Assembly (NCBI GenBank): GCA_964489195.1
Contig: CAZAXN010000027.1
Coordinates: 346 to 64,345 of the forward strand
Source of the DNA: an uncultured Candidatus Bathyarchaeia archaeon
GTDB lineage: Archaea; Thermoproteota; Bathyarchaeia; Bathyarchaeales; Bathycorpusculaceae
Length of the DNA stretch: 64,000 bases
Direction: 5' to 3'
Shown one piece after another: positions 19,112 through 28,883 of this stretch (position 1 is the first letter of the stretch; each line of letters starts with the position of its first letter). The notes beneath the pieces are model-generated. The model worked only from the letters and a program-made list of their open reading frames with translations. It did no database searches and had not been told where the DNA came from. The translations under genes and the position numbers were made by a program.

Positions 19112-19242
19112 TATTTCTCGCCTTCAAAATCAAATGCCAGCATTTCAGTATTAAAGGCTTGTTTGACTTCGTCTGCTAATTTGAGAAAAACATAATACTG
19201 CGCTTGCAAGCGATGTTACCTTAGAATCGGAAGGGAACAACT

Positions 19243-19659
19243 GTGCGTTTTGATTTGGAAAAGTTGATTAAACAAGCAGAAGAATGCCCATTCTATCAAC
19301 TTTTGGGTATGAAAATAGAAGAAGTTCGAGAGGGTTATGCCCGTTTGTCAATGAAAATTGAGAAAAAGCATACCCAACTACTGAACACAGTTCACGGCGG
19401 AGCCACGGCAAGCCTAGCTGATTCAGCCGCAGCATGGGCAGCCTTCGGATCAAGCAACTTGGAAGGGGTCCCAGTCACTGTCGAGAGAAAGATAAACTTC
19501 TTAAAACCCATTAGCTCTGGCATACTCACCGCAGAGGCAAGACAAATAAATAAAGGCTCAAGGATTCTTGTCAGCGATGTGGAAGTGAAAGATAATAACG
19601 GAAACCTAATCGCCAAGAGCCTAATAACTTATTATACGTTAAAAAATGGGCATGGCTAA
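19243..19659 (+). CDS. PaaI/hotdog-fold acyl-CoA thioesterase
   Basis: 138 aa with NTVHGGATASLADSAAAWA, the characteristic PaaI-type motif. GTG start. Confidence 0.75.
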   Translation: MRFDLEKLIKQAEECPFYQLLGMKIEEVREGYARLSMKIEKKHTQLLNTVHGGATASLADSAAAWAAFGSSNLEGVPVTVERKINFLKPISSGILTAEARQINKGSRILVSDVEVKDNNGNLIAKSLITYYTLKNGHG

Positions 19660-19709
19660 TCGTCCACATTTTGAATATTTATTAAGCGTGAAATCAATCA
19701 TAAAATTGG

Positions 19710-20579
19710 GTGGAATATATGAAAATTCTTGGACTTGTTGGAAGTTACCGAAAATTGGGAAATACGGAAGTTTTGGTTAAGGAAGCTTTGATGGAGGCTC
19801 AGCATATGGGAGCTGATGTGGATCTAATGCGGCTTACAGACCTAAAAATCGAACCTTGTAAGGGCTGTATGGCTTGTATATTTAAACAGGAGGAATGTCG
19901 CATACAAGATGATTGGAGCAAATTCCGAAACAAGCTATTGGAAAGTGATGCTGTAATACTCGGTGCTCCAACATATCTTTTTGGTCCAGCTGGAATAATA
20001 AAAATGATCATCGACCGGAACATAGCATTTTTCGGAGGCTTATCACAAAATATGGACAAGCCAGGCGCAGTGATAGGGGTTTCCGGTATTGGCGGATGGG
20101 ATTCTTTTTCACTGCCTATGCTTAATGTTTTCATGTTAACATGTGGCCTAAAAGTTGTTGATCAGTGTATGTTTTATTCTCAGGGACCAGGAGAGATTTT
20201 GTTGAATGCTGACGCTATGAAAAGAGCTAAAATGGTTGGAGTTAACGTGTTTGAGGCAGCTTGCAAGCCTGATGAGAAAAGGAGTTACCTTGGAGAAGTT
20301 GGCCTATGCCCTGTCTGTCACCAGAACCTCTTTCAAATAAGAAATGGTAAACTTGAGTGTGCTTTGTGTCAAGCCAAAGCGAAGATAAACATTGATCGTG
20401 GTCAGGTTAATCTCGTCTTTGATAAGGATGTTTTGCAAGAGAATCGCTGGAGTGAAGAAGCCTTACACAGGAGTTTTTCTTTGGCTATTCTGCCTTCTGG
20501 GCAAAGATTCTTAGAGAAAAAGGATGAAATAAGGAAAAGAGCAGAGAAATATTGTGATTATTTATCTAAAGAGGCATAG
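19710..20579 (+). CDS. iron-sulfur flavoprotein (Isf-like, flavodoxin fold) with a C-terminal Cys4 extension
   Basis: KILGLVGSYRKLGNTE (FMN reductase-like) and the compact cluster motif CKGCMACIFKQEEC (CX2CX2CX6C). The C-terminal 100 aa contain CPVCHQ...CALCQ. Likely start at 19719. Confidence 0.7.
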   Translation: MEYMKILGLVGSYRKLGNTEVLVKEALMEAQHMGADVDLMRLTDLKIEPCKGCMACIFKQEECRIQDDWSKFRNKLLESDAVILGAPTYLFGPAGIIKMIIDRNIAFFGGLSQNMDKPGAVIGVSGIGGWDSFSLPMLNVFMLTCGLKVVDQCMFYSQGPGEILLNADAMKRAKMVGVNVFEAACKPDEKRSYLGEVGLCPVCHQNLFQIRNGKLECALCQAKAKINIDRGQVNLVFDKDVLQENRWSEEALHRSFSLAILPSGQRFLEKKDEIRKRAEKYCDYLSKEA

Positions 20580-20715
20580 TTTTCCTAATCTCTTTACTCC
20601 AAGTTCATCCAACGATGTAAATGCCTATAACCTTCACGTAATACTTAAAGAAAGATAGAGTTTCAGCTTAAGTAATATGCTGAGCCGTAGAAAGATCATT
20701 AAACAAGTTTCACAT

Positions 20716-21960
20716 TCACTCGTAGACTTTCTCTGCTTCTTTATACCATTCCATAGCGTCCATTTCCACATTTCTATCTCTTGATGAAAGCCCCATCATC
20801 TTGTAAACCTCATGTTGAATCAGCAGCTTCATAATTTCGTTGCTTCCAGTCCATATTTGTGATAGCCTTGCGTCTCTTAGAAGTCTCTCCACAGGGTAAA
20901 TTTGTGTGTAACCTATCCCACCCAAGATTTGCATTGCCACATTTACAGTTTCCCAGCAAGTGTCGGTTGCAAAGAATTTTGCTTCACTCACTAGGCGTCT
21001 CGGGTCTATTGGTAATCCTTTTTCCACAGCATCTGCAGCCTTTGCAGCTGTATAGACAAGAGCTCTGGCAGCGTCAAGTTTTGCAACGCTTTCAGCTATC
21101 TTGAAGTTTATGGCTTGGAAATTTCGTATAGGGATTCCGAATGCTTTCCGTTTTGTCGAGTAATTCACTGCAATCTCTAAGGCTGTTCTTGCTGTTCCTA
21201 TTGCGCCTGCCGCAGATGTTAATCGTTCAGGAACCATCATGTGATTAAATATAACTGAGCCACCATTAAGTTCCCCCACGATATATTCGTTAGGCACCTC
21301 CACATCCTTGAAAACTATTCTCGCGGTTCCCATGCCTCTAAAACCCAAAAGGTTGTAGACCTCTTCAATTTTTACACCCATATCTTTTTCAATTAAAAAT
21401 GCGGTTAGAGACTTATACCCAGGTGCTTTTGGATCTGTTTTGGCATAAATCAAGTAGAAGTCTGCGGCTTTACCGCCAGCAATGAATCGTTTTTCTCCAT
21501 TTATAATCCATCTGTTCCCTTTTTGTTCAGCTTTCGTTGAAGTTCCGAAGAAGTCACTTCCTCCTCTTGGTTCAGTTAAACCTTCCGCAGAAAGTTTTTT
21601 CCCATTAATCATGGGCTTCAGAAATTTTTGCTTTTGCCATTCTGCGCCGAAACGGTTTATAGCCTCGCCTACTATGCTAACCATTGCATAACTGCATCCT
21701 AAGCCCATGCCAAGCACACCAATCTCTTCTAAAGCGATCATCTCAGCTGTCCATGAGAACTCTCTTCCGCCGTATTTTTTTGGAAAACGAAGACCTAGTA
21801 GCTTGCTTTTGGCTGCCTGTTGAAGAAATTCGAAAGGATAGTCAACCTTATTTCCATCCATTTTTCTGAGAAGCTCTGGATCTACGTTCTTTACAAAATC
21901 TTTAACTTCCTGTCTAAGTTTAGCTTCTTCCTCTGTGCTTAGAAAATCGTTTTCTATCAT
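20716..21960 (-). CDS. acyl-CoA dehydrogenase
   Basis: GLTEPRGGSDFFG and C-terminal QILGGIGYTQIYPVERLLRDARLSQIWTGSNEIMK. Confidence 0.9.
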   Translation of the reverse strand: MIENDFLSTEEEAKLRQEVKDFVKNVDPELLRKMDGNKVDYPFEFLQQAAKSKLLGLRFPKKYGGREFSWTAEMIALEEIGVLGMGLGCSYAMVSIVGEAINRFGAEWQKQKFLKPMINGKKLSAEGLTEPRGGSDFFGTSTKAEQKGNRWIINGEKRFIAGGKAADFYLIYAKTDPKAPGYKSLTAFLIEKDMGVKIEEVYNLLGFRGMGTARIVFKDVEVPNEYIVGELNGGSVIFNHMMVPERLTSAAGAIGTARTALEIAVNYSTKRKAFGIPIRNFQAINFKIAESVAKLDAARALVYTAAKAADAVEKGLPIDPRRLVSEAKFFATDTCWETVNVAMQILGGIGYTQIYPVERLLRDARLSQIWTGSNEIMKLLIQHEVYKMMGLSSRDRNVEMDAMEWYKEAEKVYE

Positions 21961-22128
21961 ACTCTAATCTCCTCATGGCTTGATAGTTTTACATCCAAAT
22001 ATAAATAGTCACGTGTTCCTATTGCAATATCTTCAATAAAAGTCAAGAAAAATGATATATATACAAGAAGGGTTTTCATACTAATGAATCTATAAGACTG
22101 TAGATTTCAAGAAGGAGAAAACAGAATT

Positions 22129-22557
22129 ATGAAAACTGAAAAAGCAATTTCGAATCTGATAAAAGAGCAAATCAAATTAGAGAAGGAAACAGCTGAAAAG
22201 TTCGAAAACCTTGAAGGTAGAATTGATAGCATAGCTGCGAAACTTCTAATTCAAGAGATGCGGTTGGACACGAAAAAGCATGCTGAAATTTTGCAAGCAG
22301 TGTTGAAAGTTATAGGTGGACCAAAATCATTTTGGGAATTTTCAATAGACATTGACGCTGATAAAAAGGCTGTGAGAAAAGAAATAGAAGAACATGTGAA
22401 AATTGAGGAAAAAATGATACAGCAAATTCAGGAAGAATCAAAAAAGACGAAGGATGAAGCTTTGAAATTGTTGTTGGATCACTTTGTAGAAGATGAAAGA
22501 AGGCATCACAAAAATCTTGAATTGATACTTAGTAAGGCCTTCAGAATGGAGCTTTAG
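22129..22557 (+). CDS. hypothetical helical protein, possibly ferritin-like
   Basis: 142 aa, Glu/Lys-rich helices, one ExxH (EDERRHH) near the C-terminus. GGAGAA upstream of the ATG. Family uncertain. Confidence 0.35.
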   Translation: MKTEKAISNLIKEQIKLEKETAEKFENLEGRIDSIAAKLLIQEMRLDTKKHAEILQAVLKVIGGPKSFWEFSIDIDADKKAVRKEIEEHVKIEEKMIQQIQEESKKTKDEALKLLLDHFVEDERRHHKNLELILSKAFRMEL

Positions 22558-22737
22558 CCCACAAAAACACATTTGTACATTCTTGTCCGATTTGACATCA
22601 GTTGCCTAACTCAAAATCCAAACAAAAAGTTGGTAAACAGCTTACCTTTATGAATTGTTGAAAACTGGAAAACTTGATGAAAAATATTTTAAGAAAGCCA
22701 TACACTATTCACTACGAACAAAATTGGTGATGTACCT

Positions 22738-23931
22738 ATGGATATTAAAAGAATTGCTGTAATGGGAGCTGGAGCAATGGGACATGGAATAGCACAAGTT
22801 GCGGCAATGGCGGGCTATGAGGTAACCATGCGAGACATAAAGGAAGAGTTTGTCAATAGTGGCATGGGGAAAATTAGATGGAGCATAGGCAAACTTATAG
22901 AAAAAGGCAAAATATCCCCAGCAGAAGCAGACAAAACATTAAGAAGAATAAAGCCACTTGTGTCACTAGCTGATGCTGTCAAAGAAGCTGATTTTGTGAT
23001 TGAAGCAATTCCAGAAGAAATAAAGTTAAAACAGCAAATATTTAAAGAAATAGATGCCAACGCACCACCACACGCGATTTTAGCAACAAACACAAGCGCA
23101 CTTTCAATCACTGAAATTGCTTCTGCAACACATCGTCCAGAGAAAGTAGTAGGCATGCACTTTTTCAACCCTGCTCAGCTTATGCGTTTGGTTGAAGTTA
23201 TAAGAGGAGAAAAAACAAACGATGAAACCACAAATGTCACAATAGAATTGTCAAAGAAGTTCGGCAAAGAGCCAGTATTGTGTAAAAAGGATGTCCCAGG
23301 CTTCATAGCGAACAGAATAACCATAGCTGGAACAAATCTGGTCGCGTGGATGGTTTACAAAGGAGAATATACGATTGAAGAAATAGATGCTGCAGCAATA
23401 TACAAAGCCGGAATGCCGATGGGCATTTTTATACTATTAGACTTTACTGGCATAGACGTAGCATACCACGTCATAAAGTTCATGGAAGAGAGAGAGCCAA
23501 ACTTCAAAGCTGCACCATTGATAAAAGAGAAAATCGAAAAAGGCGAACTTGGAGTAAAAGCAGGGAAAGGCTTTTACACGTATCCTGAAAAAGGAAAATT
23601 CGCCATGCCACAAATATCGCCAGACAAAGCTGAAAAATTCGATCCAATGACGCAGACTTACGTCTCAGTAAACATGGCTGCAGAGCTTATAAGAAATAAC
23701 ATAGCCATTGCAGAAGACATAGACAAAACATTGAAGCTAGGATTTAACATGCCTATAGGCGTTTTGGAATTAGCTGACACATTAGGCATAGACATTGTAC
23801 TTGCGAAGCTGAAGGAGATTGAAGCCAAATACGGAGTATATTACAAGCCAAGCCCACTGCTGGAAGAGATGGCTAGAAAAGGCGAACTTGGAACTAAAAC
23901 AGGAAAAGGTTTCTACACGTATAAAAAGTAG
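22738..23931 (+). CDS. 3-hydroxyacyl-CoA dehydrogenase (NAD-binding domain plus duplicated C-terminal domain)
   Basis: Rossmann motif IAVMGAGAMGHGIAQVAA, GMHFFNPA, and two KGELG(V/T)K(A/T)GKGFYTY repeats. Confidence 0.9.
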   Translation: MDIKRIAVMGAGAMGHGIAQVAAMAGYEVTMRDIKEEFVNSGMGKIRWSIGKLIEKGKISPAEADKTLRRIKPLVSLADAVKEADFVIEAIPEEIKLKQQIFKEIDANAPPHAILATNTSALSITEIASATHRPEKVVGMHFFNPAQLMRLVEVIRGEKTNDETTNVTIELSKKFGKEPVLCKKDVPGFIANRITIAGTNLVAWMVYKGEYTIEEIDAAAIYKAGMPMGIFILLDFTGIDVAYHVIKFMEEREPNFKAAPLIKEKIEKGELGVKAGKGFYTYPEKGKFAMPQISPDKAEKFDPMTQTYVSVNMAAELIRNNIAIAEDIDKTLKLGFNMPIGVLELADTLGIDIVLAKLKEIEAKYGVYYKPSPLLEEMARKGELGTKTGKGFYTYKK

Positions 23932-24173
23932 CAATCTTTTTCACTTCACCTTCTTTTTTTCTAATGTGATCATCACATATCTTTCACACTTTGATCAAAT
24001 ATTGCCCTAGTTTAAGCATATTCCCAAAAGTAAGTTCATGGTTTGCTTTTTATCTGCAGATTTTATTATTTGCAGGTAATTCGATGAAAACTCCAAATTA
24101 AGATATAAATTGATAGTTTTTTTAAGGAAAAGTTCAAGTACATGATATCTTCAGAAAGTGTGAGAAATGAGGT

Positions 24174-25355
24174 GTGAAAATGGAGTTTGGCTTCACGAAA
24201 GAACAGCTTGAAATTAAAAGGGCTGCCCGCGAATTTGCTGAGAAAGAATTTATATCGGAGAAAGGCAGAGAATACGATCAAAAATACGAGTTTCCATGGG
24301 AATTCTATAGGAAAGCTGCACAGTTAGGCTTCATCGGTGCAAGCCTCCCAGAAAAATATGGAGGACAGGGGCTGGGATGCATTGAAGCATGCATAGTGGC
24401 AGAGGAATTCAACAGGGCAGATTCCACACTTGCTTCCATACTAGGTGGTGTAGGTTTTGCTGGATTAATTGAAATGTACGGCACTGAAGAACAGAAAGAA
24501 AAATATCTTCCTCGAATTGCTAAGGGTGAAATAACATGTGCAATGGCGCTTACAGAACCGAAGCATGGATCCGATGCTGGAATGATAGGATTGGATACAA
24601 CAGCAGTAAAAGAAGGAGACCATTGGAAAATTAACGGAACTAAAACATTCATTACATGTGGAGACATTGCAGAATTCACTATAGTATGTTGTCAAACAGA
24701 TCCAAATGCATCGCCACCGTACAGAGGCGTCAGCCAAATCATAGTTGAAAAGGGAACGCCAGGACTAGACATTACACCATTAAAGCCAAAAATGGGATTC
24801 AGGGGAGCCCCACAGGCAGAAATGGCATTCAGCGACGTTCGAGTACCACTGAGCAATCTTCTAGGTCAAGAATGCAAAGGATTCCACCAAATAATGTCAT
24901 ATTTTGACTTCAGCAGAACACCTATAGCTGCTGGAGCCGTAGGAATAGCACAAGGCGCCTTTGAAAAAGCTTTGAAGTACTCCACTGAAAGAGAACAATT
25001 CTTCACGCCAATACACCGATTCCAGTTTACACAATGGAAAATAGCTGAAATGGCGATGAAAATAGAGGCAGCACGATTGTTAACATACAAAACTGCTTGG
25101 CTCATTGACACTAAAGGCGATCCAAGATTAATAACTAAACACGCGTCTATGGCAAAAGCATATGCAGCCAACACAGCGATAGAAGTTACAGATAATGCTC
25201 TTCAAATTCATGGAGGCTACGGATACGTGGATTCTGATCTTGAGCGTTTCTATCGCGATGCCCGAATCATAGACATAATAGAGGGAACAGGAGAAATTCA
25301 AAGATACATAGTTGCCAGAGAATGGTATAGAGAAATGAATCTACCTATACCTTAA
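24174..25355 (+). CDS. acyl-CoA dehydrogenase
   Basis: ALTEPKHGSDAG, QIHGGYGYVDSDLERFYRDARIIDIIEGTGEIQR. The likely start is ATG 24180, just after GAGGTG. Confidence 0.9.
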   Translation: MKMEFGFTKEQLEIKRAAREFAEKEFISEKGREYDQKYEFPWEFYRKAAQLGFIGASLPEKYGGQGLGCIEACIVAEEFNRADSTLASILGGVGFAGLIEMYGTEEQKEKYLPRIAKGEITCAMALTEPKHGSDAGMIGLDTTAVKEGDHWKINGTKTFITCGDIAEFTIVCCQTDPNASPPYRGVSQIIVEKGTPGLDITPLKPKMGFRGAPQAEMAFSDVRVPLSNLLGQECKGFHQIMSYFDFSRTPIAAGAVGIAQGAFEKALKYSTEREQFFTPIHRFQFTQWKIAEMAMKIEAARLLTYKTAWLIDTKGDPRLITKHASMAKAYAANTAIEVTDNALQIHGGYGYVDSDLERFYRDARIIDIIEGTGEIQRYIVAREWYREMNLPIP

Positions 25356-25415
25356 AAATAAAGCCGTGACAGAGTTAACATAACTCCACTTCTTTTTATT
25401 AAAGTTGATAATAAA

Positions 25416-26339
25416 TTGATAATTGACATTCATGTTCACCCTTTTATTCACGAAACTGAAATCTTAAGGGAAATGGAAAGAGGCAGCGTAGATCATGCTG
25501 TCATATTGGCTGTAGATGCAGATCCTTCAGATGTGGAAAAACCAGAGATCAAAAGTAGGCTGAGAAAACGCCATTTAGAATCACTTTTGGACTTCGCACC
25601 AAGATTTACATCAATAGAAGATGAAATAAAACGATTTTTTCAAGAATTGGTCAATTATTACCCAGAAATGAAAACTTCAAACCAAGAAATCGCAAATCTT
25701 GTAAAAGCGCATCCAGACAAATTTCTCGGGTTCGGTTCTGTCAATCCAAACAAAGGTGAAGATTACGTGGAGACAAAACTTGAAGAGATCAGCATGTTGG
25801 GACTCAAAGGCGTGAAAATGCTTCCAACTCTTCAAATGTTTTCTCCTACCGAAAACAGGAATTTTGAAAAAATATGCGAATACTGCGAAAAAAACAAAAA
25901 AGTCATTCTTTATCACACAGGTTGCGATCCAGGACCATGGGAAATTGCAGAGTTATCTGAAGATGCCAACCCAAAATACTTGAAACCCGTTTTAGAAAGC
26001 TACAGCCCAATTATCGTTTTGGCTCACGCAGGAAGCTACAGTGCATACTCGCCTGGAATATGGTTTGATGAAGCGTTGGAGTTAGCGAAGAATTTTGGCA
26101 ACGTGTATTTTGATTCTGCAGCAGCGTCTGGTTTCATTTATTCAAAGAAAATATTGAATAGAATAAGAGAACATATGGGTTTGGACAGACTTTTATACGG
26201 TTCTGATTACCCTGTTGTGTGGGGAAGCAACATGAAATATGAAGTAGACCTTATAAAAGAATGCGAACATTTAACCGAACACGAGAAAGAGAGCATTCTT
26301 GGTTTAAACGCAGCAAGGATTTTGAATTTAATCCAGTGA
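25416..26339 (+). CDS. amidohydrolase-family (TIM-barrel metal-dependent) hydrolase
   Basis: IIDIHVHP at the N-terminus, later VLAHAG and YGSDYP, the usual metal-ligand positions. Confidence 0.7.
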   Translation: MIIDIHVHPFIHETEILREMERGSVDHAVILAVDADPSDVEKPEIKSRLRKRHLESLLDFAPRFTSIEDEIKRFFQELVNYYPEMKTSNQEIANLVKAHPDKFLGFGSVNPNKGEDYVETKLEEISMLGLKGVKMLPTLQMFSPTENRNFEKICEYCEKNKKVILYHTGCDPGPWEIAELSEDANPKYLKPVLESYSPIIVLAHAGSYSAYSPGIWFDEALELAKNFGNVYFDSAAASGFIYSKKILNRIREHMGLDRLLYGSDYPVVWGSNMKYEVDLIKECEHLTEHEKESILGLNAARILNLIQ

Positions 26340-26354
26340 TTTTCATGAATTCAA

Positions 26355-27419
26355 TTGGCTCCTCACAATTTTTCAGGCAAGCTGAGGCCAAGGGAAATGA
26401 TTAGAGAGGTTTTTCCTAATATATTCCAAATTAGAGTTGAGTTGCCTTACAGTCCTTTAGGGCATTTGAATTCGTACCTAATAAAGTCGAAGGATCAAAA
26501 CCTCCTGATTGATACTGGACTAAACTTTCCTCAAACATTTCAATCATTATGCGAAGGAATTTTAAAAGCAGGAGTGAGAATTGAAGCATTAACTGAACTC
26601 TTGTTGACCCATTTTCACGTTGACCATGTGGGACTAATCCACCGTTTCAGAGAAGCCTCTAAAGACGTGAAAATTCTGATACATCATGTGGAAGCTGAAT
26701 TGTCAAAGCTTATGTCAACAGAATTTGAGGGCTACAGAGTAAGCATGGAGAACTTTCTCAAAAATCACGGTGCACCTTCTTCAATTGCAATGAACTTGCA
26801 AAAGTTCCATCCTGCCTTTTTCAATTCACAAGCTTACTTAGAACTTTCAGAAACAGCATTTCAATTGGAAGATGGCCAAGATCTTAGAATTGGCGATTAT
26901 AACTTTAGGGTTTTGTGGACTCCGGGGCATTCTCCAGGTCACGTATGTTTATACGAGCCTTCATTAAAACTTCTCATTTCAGGAGATCATCTATTGCCAA
27001 CTATAACCCCACACATAGCTCAATTTATGGAAGGCATGGATCCATTAACAGATTATTTGAACAGTCTTGAGAGAATAGAAAAACTTGATGTTGCAGTTGT
27101 TTTGCCTGCACATGAAGAAATATTTACAAATTATCAGGAAAGGATTACGCAAATCAAAACTCATCATGAACAAAGACTGATCCAAATCATGGAAGAGCTT
27201 AAGTGTGAGAGTGTAACCGCTTACACTTTAGCTTCCAAGGTTCATTGGAATGTTAACTATAAGTCTTGGAACGAGTTTCCTTCTTTCCAAAAATACTTGG
27301 CTCTTGGAGAAACAGTAGCACATCTAAATGTCCTTGAACAGAAAGGATTGGTCATAAGAAAGAAAGCTCCTATTTCTCTGGAATCAAATGAATCAGTTTA
27401 TATGTATTCAATAATTTGA
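26355..27419 (+). CDS. MBL-fold metallo-hydrolase with a C-terminal helical/winged-helix-like extension
   Basis: THFHVDHVG and TPGHSPGH motifs. The C-terminal LALGETVAHLNVLEQKGLVIRK resembles a wHTH-like tail. Confidence 0.75.
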   Translation: MAPHNFSGKLRPREMIREVFPNIFQIRVELPYSPLGHLNSYLIKSKDQNLLIDTGLNFPQTFQSLCEGILKAGVRIEALTELLLTHFHVDHVGLIHRFREASKDVKILIHHVEAELSKLMSTEFEGYRVSMENFLKNHGAPSSIAMNLQKFHPAFFNSQAYLELSETAFQLEDGQDLRIGDYNFRVLWTPGHSPGHVCLYEPSLKLLISGDHLLPTITPHIAQFMEGMDPLTDYLNSLERIEKLDVAVVLPAHEEIFTNYQERITQIKTHHEQRLIQIMEELKCESVTAYTLASKVHWNVNYKSWNEFPSFQKYLALGETVAHLNVLEQKGLVIRKKAPISLESNESVYMYSII

Positions 27420-27558
27420 CAAGTTTGTGAGAATCATAATATAAAGGAGCACAGTGAAGTCTAAACACCCACAGTGGTTCTGTGCAAGTTTTTCAATAAA
27501 CAATACAAAAAACTTAATCGTTACTGTCTGCTATGTGAGAGTAAAGGAGGAAAAATAA

Positions 27559-28782
27559 GTGAATTTTGATTTCACAAAAGAGGAAAACATGTTCAGAGAC
27601 AGCATTCGAGATTTCCTCAAAAAGGAATTTGCTCCAATCGCTGATGAAAGAGACAAAAAGGGTCCCTTGACAAAAGAAGAAGCTATAGATATAATGAAAA
27701 AATTCAAGAAAATCGGTGTTGCTCTCGATCCAGAAAGTGCAAGAAGCCTATTTGCTGAGGATCCAGTAATATTTGGAATAATGGCAGAAGAGGTTGGGAA
27801 AGTTTGGACAAGTTTATTACCATTGTTCGGCATGGGTATTATTCCAGCAATATTTGTCCCCCTAGCTTCTGAAGAAACGCAAAGCAAACTGATGCCAAAG
27901 TTGGAAAGGGCAGAGTTTATAGGATGCTTCGCCGAAACAGAACCAGAAGCAGGATGCGACACTTCAAACCTTCAGACTACAGCTAAACTAGAAGGAGATT
28001 ATTACATTATCAATGGTAAGAAAACTTGGATTAGTAATGGAACAATTGCAGATGCAGCCTTCGTCGGCGCAAAGGACCTGAACACAGGTGCAGAGTCTTT
28101 CTTTCTATTAGATAGGGAAGCATCACCATTCGACACAAATGAATTACACAAAATAGGTTGGAAGGCTGCCCCCACATCAGAGATGTTCTTTGAAGATTGC
28201 AAAGTTCCAAAGGACAACGAGATGACCGTTATGATGAGTAAAGCTTTCACGGACCCAAAACTGAAAGAGCTTTTGCCATTATCAGAGGGAATGATGACTT
28301 TACTTGGACAAATGTCACCATTTACAGCACTTATGACACTGCCAAGATCAGGAATGGGGTTAGCATCAATTGGAATAGCCCAAGCAGCTTTCGACGCCTC
28401 AGTTAAGTATGCCAAAGAAAGAGTGCAGTTTGGTAAGCCCATCGGTAAGTTTCAGTTGATTCAAGAAATGCTTTACCACATGAACGTTTTGATAGAAACT
28501 GGAAGACTCCTTGGATACAAAGCAATAGATGCTATCGCTAAAGGTAGCCCGGAAGCTAGAAGGCTTTCAAGCATGGCTAAAGTTTATGGAGGCGAGGCAG
28601 CTATTAAGGTAACATACGATGCAATGCAAATTCATGGTGGTTTAGGTGTCTCAGACGAAGCACCATTAGAAAGATACTATAGAGACGCAAGAATGATGAC
28701 GATTCCTGACGGAACCAGCGAGATAATGAAGTTAATAACGGGCTATTCAATTCTGGGCAAAGGATTTTCTGCTTACACGTAA
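27559..28782 (+). CDS. acyl-CoA dehydrogenase
   Basis: FAETEPEAGCD, QIHGGLGVSDEAPLERYYRDARMMTIPDGTSEIMK. GTG start preceded by AAGGAGG. Confidence 0.9.
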   Translation: MNFDFTKEENMFRDSIRDFLKKEFAPIADERDKKGPLTKEEAIDIMKKFKKIGVALDPESARSLFAEDPVIFGIMAEEVGKVWTSLLPLFGMGIIPAIFVPLASEETQSKLMPKLERAEFIGCFAETEPEAGCDTSNLQTTAKLEGDYYIINGKKTWISNGTIADAAFVGAKDLNTGAESFFLLDREASPFDTNELHKIGWKAAPTSEMFFEDCKVPKDNEMTVMMSKAFTDPKLKELLPLSEGMMTLLGQMSPFTALMTLPRSGMGLASIGIAQAAFDASVKYAKERVQFGKPIGKFQLIQEMLYHMNVLIETGRLLGYKAIDAIAKGSPEARRLSSMAKVYGGEAAIKVTYDAMQIHGGLGVSDEAPLERYYRDARMMTIPDGTSEIMKLITGYSILGKGFSAYT

Positions 28783-28883
28783 CAATTTTCCTTCCATCTC
28801 TTTTCTTTCCCTCAACATTTTCGAGAAGTGCCTACCTTTGTTTAACAACAATTTTCAAAATGCTCTGCCAACAAAAAGCACAG

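Noticed and set aside
19201-19212. Perfect 12-nt palindrome CGCTTGCAAGCG about 30 nt upstream of the thioesterase start.
   Set aside because: A 6+6 palindrome is expected several times by chance in 64 kb. I noticed no second copy in other promoters of the island.
24066-24281. Minus-strand 71-aa ORF spanning the ACAD start region.
   Set aside because: It is Phe/Leu/Lys-rich AT-driven sequence that overlaps the promoter, SD site and start of the 24180 ACAD gene.
27531-27962. Long antisense ORFs opposite well-supported genes, for example 27531-27962, 16487-16768, 36303-36761, 47529-48041, 52484-52840 and 57235-57669.
   Set aside because: All are Ser/Ala/Leu/Pro-rich mirror frames of strongly supported genes. 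None has motifs or plausible start contexts.
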